Positions 59,178 through 64,000 of a stretch of DNA of 64,000 nt are shown in pieces. Source of the stretch: a virus (taxonomy: Duplodnaviria; Caudoviricetes); IMG/VR virus record IMGVR_UViG_3300010262_000138, positions 1 to 64,000 of that record; one strand, given 5' to 3'. Below the pieces are notes generated by a model. It did no database searches. It had not been told where the DNA came from and saw only the letters and a program-made list of their open reading frames with translations. How positions within the stretch are numbered: position 1 is the first letter of the stretch; each line of letters begins with the position of its first letter. The translations under genes and the position numbers were made by a program.

Positions 59178-60143
59178 TTAAAACCCTGCCGCCTCCTCCA
59201 CTCGTTTATGATTTCCTCCGCCGTAATAGACAAGCGGATTGACGAATATAAACTTCTTATTAACGCCCCACCCGTCACCATCAACCTGTGCGGCAATGTG
59301 CTGCTGCCGGCCATTAAGAGGGAAGGTTAACCGAAACAGATCTTCAGACAGACGCCTGGCGTTTTTCCGAGAATACCCTACAATATCGCAGAAATCGCCT
59401 ATAGAAAGCGGTTCAATTCTCCTCAGTCGGTTTTCCAACGGATTTTTACAGAGGATGTTATATTCCAGATTAGCGTAGGGCATAGCCCTCAGCAGGTATC
59501 CAAGCCTGACAATATCCTGCGGCCGTGAATTAAGATAAAAACTTTTCAATGCAGCGGAATATATCCTCGTAATACGTTTCCCTTCATCAAAAATCTGATT
59601 ACGGAAAGAGTCCCTTATTGACCCCCGTCGAAAATACTTCTGATCCAATTTACAGCGTCCACTATCTTTGAAGAATATCTCGCATCGCTTTACCTCATCC
59701 GTAAAATCATAAAACTGACTGGCGCTCAAATTCAACAAGCCGACAATATCACAGGATTTTAATACCGCGCCGTTGCTGTCGGTAATAACCCCATCATAGT
59801 CCATCCAATTAGCGAGATACATCAGTCTCGTCAAATGGGCTGGGCTGATATTAGGAAAGAGACAATGGGATGTCTCATGGATGCTCCAAACAAAATTACC
59901 ATATTTGGCAAAGGCGCTGTTGATCCGATTCCTTACCGGCACGCCCGGCGTTTCATCAGGAGGATGGAGATCTTCCAAAGAGCTCACAACTCCCTCAGAG
60001 GCTTTCTTACGGCGGACCACCTTAAGCCTCTCAAATCTTACATCGTCCACACCGGATACTCTGGCCCCCGGACTCAGCACATCAATAACTTCACCCGTAG
60101 TTTCGGAAACCAATAACATCCGCTCATTGATTCTGGTTGACAA
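59178..60143 (-). CDS. Phage protein, possibly replication/DNA-binding; first gene of the leftward operon
   Basis: ETTGEV N-term, LTRL.YLA, LG.L....PY.N..YN.LC.NP.E, F.NP..YY.G. Confidence 0.6.
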   Translation of the reverse strand: MSTRINERMLLVSETTGEVIDVLSPGARVSGVDDVRFERLKVVRRKKASEGVVSSLEDLHPPDETPGVPVRNRINSAFAKYGNFVWSIHETSHCLFPNISPAHLTRLMYLANWMDYDGVITDSNGAVLKSCDIVGLLNLSASQFYDFTDEVKRCEIFFKDSGRCKLDQKYFRRGSIRDSFRNQIFDEGKRITRIYSAALKSFYLNSRPQDIVRLGYLLRAMPYANLEYNILCKNPLENRLRRIEPLSIGDFCDIVGYSRKNARRLSEDLFRLTFPLNGRQQHIAAQVDGDGWGVNKKFIFVNPLVYYGGGNHKRVEEAAGF

Positions 60144-60590
60144 ATTATATCTCCAATCTTCGTGTTTTATGGCAATTCGTTAAAAAATCTCCTCAAATAC
60201 CAATAGGAAATGGGGTAAAATGTCCTCAAATACCGGAGTAACAAAAATGCCACTTAATCCCTGAAAAATCAGGGCTTTACTCGCTAAAATCTTCGGGCCG
60301 CCCTTCTATATCTACGCACAAGTCCGAGGGGGAGCCGCAGGACGTAGCTGCGACAAGCGAACGAGTATTTTGTTTGGAGAAACTATATGTAAATACCCAA
60401 CGCTGAATGGAAGCGGAAAACAAAATGCGAAGTGAGCGCCCGTTCTCTTTACCAATAAAACCAAAGTCTAAAGAAAGCCTGTAGTGTAAAAGTAACTCAA
60501 GTGTTGTTCCTCCTTTAGTCGGCACATAAATCCAAATTATTCCAATCAATTTATTAGTTACATTAAATACTAAATATTAGCTTTGTGCCT

Positions 60591-60618
60591 ATTGTAACAT
60601 AATATCCAAAAAAGTCAA
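60591..60618 (-). promoter_or_regulatory. sigma-A-like promoter facing the leftward operon
   Basis: TTGACT-N16-TACAAT with extended -10 TG. Confidence 0.5.
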
Positions 60619-62258
60619 GTAGTCATTTAAGATTTTGTTTATTACTTTACTGATGCCTATAATATAATACCTAAAGCTAAGTAGTACCTCTGGCTTAAGG
60701 CAGTGCTGACAGCTACGTTCCGTATCTTTTAAAAAATAAAATAACGTATCTCTTACCTGAAATACAGCAGTGCCTCTATAGATACGCAGTGCTGAACGAT
60801 AAGTAATAAGATACGTATTGATAGGCAGTTCCTCTGCCCGAAGTCAGTGCCTATGGGTTCATCGTTTCCATCGTTCTCTTAAAAAAATAAAAAATATCGC
60901 GTCTTAACACCTACAACCTTGCACTTCCTTCAGTTAGAGGAACTGCCTATGTATCCACACCTTTTTTCTTCTACTGGCATGGTGAGGCGACGGCCTCTCA
61001 TCGCTTGGAAGCGACTGGACAAATAGGGGACGCTGACGCTCCCCCTACCCCCATTTGTAGCCAGTCCCATCCAAACGAACGCACTCTCAACCCAACACGA
61101 ACGTACCGTTCGCGCCGGGACCCTGAGTGCTTTCGAGGTTGGCGACGTCTCCGCAACCCCACCATGCCTTATCAGTGCGTAAATAAAGAATAGCACTCTA
61201 TTACCGGGCTGCCGCCCAGACCTGCTCCTCGCCGGAAGGCAGGGAAAAAAGCTTTGCTTTATTCCTGTGCAAGAGGATAATCCGAGAACCTTTTGTCAAT
61301 AGGACTTTCGCGGCATATGCTCGCCCTGCCGGGCTCCTCTATTCCACGTTCCATTGACAACCGGTTCCGCTCCATTGGAAAACTTTAGAGTAATCCTAAG
61401 TATTAAGCCAATGATTTGTTACAGGCAAAAAATAAAGCGAGACGATTTTGATCGCCTCGTTATTTCTTTTATAGGCAGCTTGCGGTAAATACCCGTACTG
61501 CCTTTATTCAAATGTGGCTAATAGTTTTCTTCCCCTCTACAGGAGAATGAATGCCTCTACTTATCGGCGCGTATTGGCTGAATGATTTATTATTTGTTTT
61601 AATTTTATGTGCTCAATTCGCATCTTTTTCCCTTTAATCAAATGGGTAAGCATAATTTTACGCAGTGGTTTTGTTAGCGCTGGGCGGAACAGTTTGCACT
61701 GCACTGTCTTTCTTTATTGCTATTTTGTAATTGCTTTTATTACAAGTTATGTAACTGAAGATGGTTAATAAATATTAGATGTTTTAATTATTATCGAGTA
61801 AACAGGTTGGAGATATCGAAGTAAAGTGCCAGAAGTATCAGAGAGAGGTAAAAGAATAGCAGAATGGTAAGATTAAATGAGAATTTGATAATAGATGATG
61901 GAAAAATAATGGAGATGGATTGATATAAGAGGGGAGGATCGAAGAGAAATTGAGGATAAAAGGGGTGGGAATTGAGAAATTTTAGGATGAGTGAGAAATA
62001 CGAACTTATCCAATTCCCCTGAAAAAAAGTCGCTCAAAAAATGTAAAATATCCCCTTGCCGGGTCAGGCTGATTTTCCCGTTTGGCACTAAGTGAAAATC
62101 TACCGGATTAGTGCACTTTAACGGCCTACGTCCGTCCTGCATCTGCCTTGCATCCGGTTGCGGCTCTTGCGTTGACGTGGGCGCCTGGATAATCGCGGCA
62201 TATGTGTATATATACATACATATGATGAATAATATACATTTTTATTAAAAACTGTTGC

Positions 62259-62462
62259 TTATTCCTCATCTATCCCATCATCAGACAACACAACCTTCAA
62301 CAGCGTACTTGTTACAAAACCGTTGAAACTCAAATTTTTCGCATCACAATACGCTTTTATCAACTCTAACTCATTTATTTTGAATTTTACGCCTATTGTC
62401 TTGTATGTTTTTTTGTCATATTGCTTTATATATTCTAATTGTTTTTTACTTGTTTTAGGCAT
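62259..62462 (-). CDS. Small ribbon-helix-helix-like DNA-binding protein
   Basis: KQYDKKTYK.I.VK.K..E...IK.Y.....LS.NGF. Confidence 0.65.
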   Translation of the reverse strand: MPKTSKKQLEYIKQYDKKTYKTIGVKFKINELELIKAYCDAKNLSFNGFVTSTLLKVVLSDDGIDEE

Positions 62463-62978
62463 ATTGCCATATCCTTTCTTTTCGCTTTTGAAAATGAATG
62501 AAAATTAAAGAAAAACGCAGAAAACAAGAGATATTGCAATAAAAATGCGGAACAATTACGGGTAATCTCCCTTAATCGTCTAAAATAAGGTTTTACAACA
62601 TAATAGCGACTATGCTAAGATATGACCATCAAATCAAACAACGATTTGTCCGGCGGCGCGGTTACGCCGATGTTGTAACGATTGACGCGGAAACGAGTGA
62701 CCCGCCCAAAAGCGGGAAGGAACGAACCTTGACAAGACAGGCGCAAGCCGTCAAAGAATGCCGATGCCGATACCATCATTGACGCATCACGCCGGGCCGG
62801 AACCGTCCACCATAGCGGCAAAGGACCATCCCGGCAAGCATCTTTGACGCACTTAAACCTTGACCATAGCATAACACATGCAAAGCGATTTTGCAACGTG
62901 TGAACGGTTAGCGGCGCGGGGAACCGCGCATTACATAGGGTAACTATACCCATTTACAAATTGAGAGGAGAAAAAACC

Positions 62979-63716
62979 ATGACCAACACTAATAATGCTA
63001 TCGTTACCAATGCAAGCATCATCGCCGGGTTGACTGCCGAAAACGTCAAGATTGACGTTAAGGCCAACAACAAAGTTTCCGTCGCGTGTGAAGTGTCCTT
63101 GCTGGACGGCGCAACGGAGATCGAGACAAAAGCCTATAAAGGCGCGGTAAAAACCCTTGCAAAGAAGGCGCTGCGGGAATACCATGAAAAGCTTTATCAT
63201 GGGCACCCAATGCAGGCAATCGCAAATCACACCTATGATCTTTTCTTTGAAAGCGATGTTTTCTCCGCGACTATTCCCGCTATTGGCACATTGGACGCGG
63301 AAAACAAGGCACTCTACAAAGAAAAAGTGCTTTACCTGCAAAAGTTTGGTAAAGAGTGGATCAATTCAGAGGACAAAGAAAGCAGGCTGCGCACAAAGCT
63401 TTTCACCGACATCAAAAAGGCAATGCAGGACATTTTCAGAGCGTTTGACCCGGAAACGAACATCAACCCGAATGACAAAGATGTCCGTATGTTCCTGTCT
63501 ATCCTAGGCAAGATTAAAGGCGACAAATTCACCACTTCAGGAGATAGGGCCGTTATGGTTGCGGTAGAATTTGCCATCTATCATAAAATTCTGGGCAAAG
63601 AATACTTTATGGACCTTTACACCTCTAATAAGGACTGGGACGGCATAAAGGGAAAACCCGCAAAGGAAGATCCCGCGCAAGAGGAACCCGCGAAAGAGGA
63701 AAAAGAGGCTGCATAG
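62979..63716 (+). CDS. Hypothetical protein, first gene of the rightward (early?) arm
   Basis: RBS GAGGAG then ATG 62979; long ORF with biased codons. Confidence 0.7.
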   Translation: MTNTNNAIVTNASIIAGLTAENVKIDVKANNKVSVACEVSLLDGATEIETKAYKGAVKTLAKKALREYHEKLYHGHPMQAIANHTYDLFFESDVFSATIPAIGTLDAENKALYKEKVLYLQKFGKEWINSEDKESRLRTKLFTDIKKAMQDIFRAFDPETNINPNDKDVRMFLSILGKIKGDKFTTSGDRAVMVAVEFAIYHKILGKEYFMDLYTSNKDWDGIKGKPAKEDPAQEEPAKEEKEAA

Positions 63717-63777
63717 CCTCTTTTTTCTTTGCTCTTTTTTTGAGAAGCCGTCCGGGCTTTCTTTTTTTCTTTACGGG

Positions 63778-63826
63778 CCAGGCCGCCAGGCCGCAAAACC
63801 CAGGAACCCAGGCCGCCAGGCCGCAG
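63778..63826 (+). repeat. Direct repeat ccaggccgccaggccgca x2
   Basis: Two exact 18-nt copies separated by aaacccaggaac. Confidence 0.7.
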
Positions 63827-64000
63827 CTCCCACAAGTTGAATCAGAAATCCGAAATACGCCATAAGTGCGCCCAAACGCAGGACAGGAGGAACTATGAAC
63901 GGAATTTGTTTTTGTGTAAACCTTTTCAAGTTTGACGGTTTCACCGTCCAGCAAGGCATGATCTATGGAACCTACAGAGGCCGGAAGTTTGTCACAAATG

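Larger units (their letters stand above)
6868..64000 (-). mobile_element. SPbeta-like large temperate (pro)phage, late region plus start of the divergent arm; continues past the right edge
   Basis: Co-oriented YonO-like RNAP, terminase, portal, protease, capsid, tail, TMP, Dit, Tal, fibres and lysis in SPbeta-like order; no integrase or att site visible, so boundaries are approximate. Confidence 0.9.

Noticed and set aside
1-64000. tRNA/rRNA genes, integrase and att sites
   Set aside because: None recognised by eye, so whether the 490-6813 module belongs to the prophage or the host cannot be decided here

Overview
Most of the window (~6.9 kb to the right edge) is the late/structural half of a large SPbeta-like temperate siphophage of a Clostridia-type host, encoded on the minus strand. 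From right to left it carries an antirepressor, a YonO-like single-subunit RNA polymerase, ClpP, PhoH, HU, a phosphoesterase, terminase, portal, scaffold/protease, capsid, neck and tail genes, tape measure, Dit, Tal, fibres and a lysis cassette. Several self-promoted morons are interspersed (toxSAS-Panacea TA, zeta-like TA, two DUF6338-like membrane genes, an Ntn-hydrolase-like gene, a small RNA). Two essential genes are interrupted. (1) The RNA polymerase has a compact canonical group I intron (54919-55169) in its catalytic D-x-D-G-D motif. (2) The tape-measure gene is split by a ~3.1 kb insertion (28763-~31866) that begins with a non-canonical group I-like ribozyme core. A ~22-nt long-range stem closes the insertion just before a candidate omega-G, looping out 2.7 kb with six cargo genes (five antisense, no homing endonuclease). 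A sigma-A promoter for the cargo is built into the 3' splice junction. This cargo-carrying intron is the most novel-looking element. The first 6.8 kb is a separate module resembling a UviA/TcdR-sigma-controlled bacteriocin locus: sigma factor, divergent FolC-like ligase, GH25 lysin, holin, candidate immunity protein and a signal-less M23 peptidase. All family assignments come from motif recognition by eye; no database searches were run.
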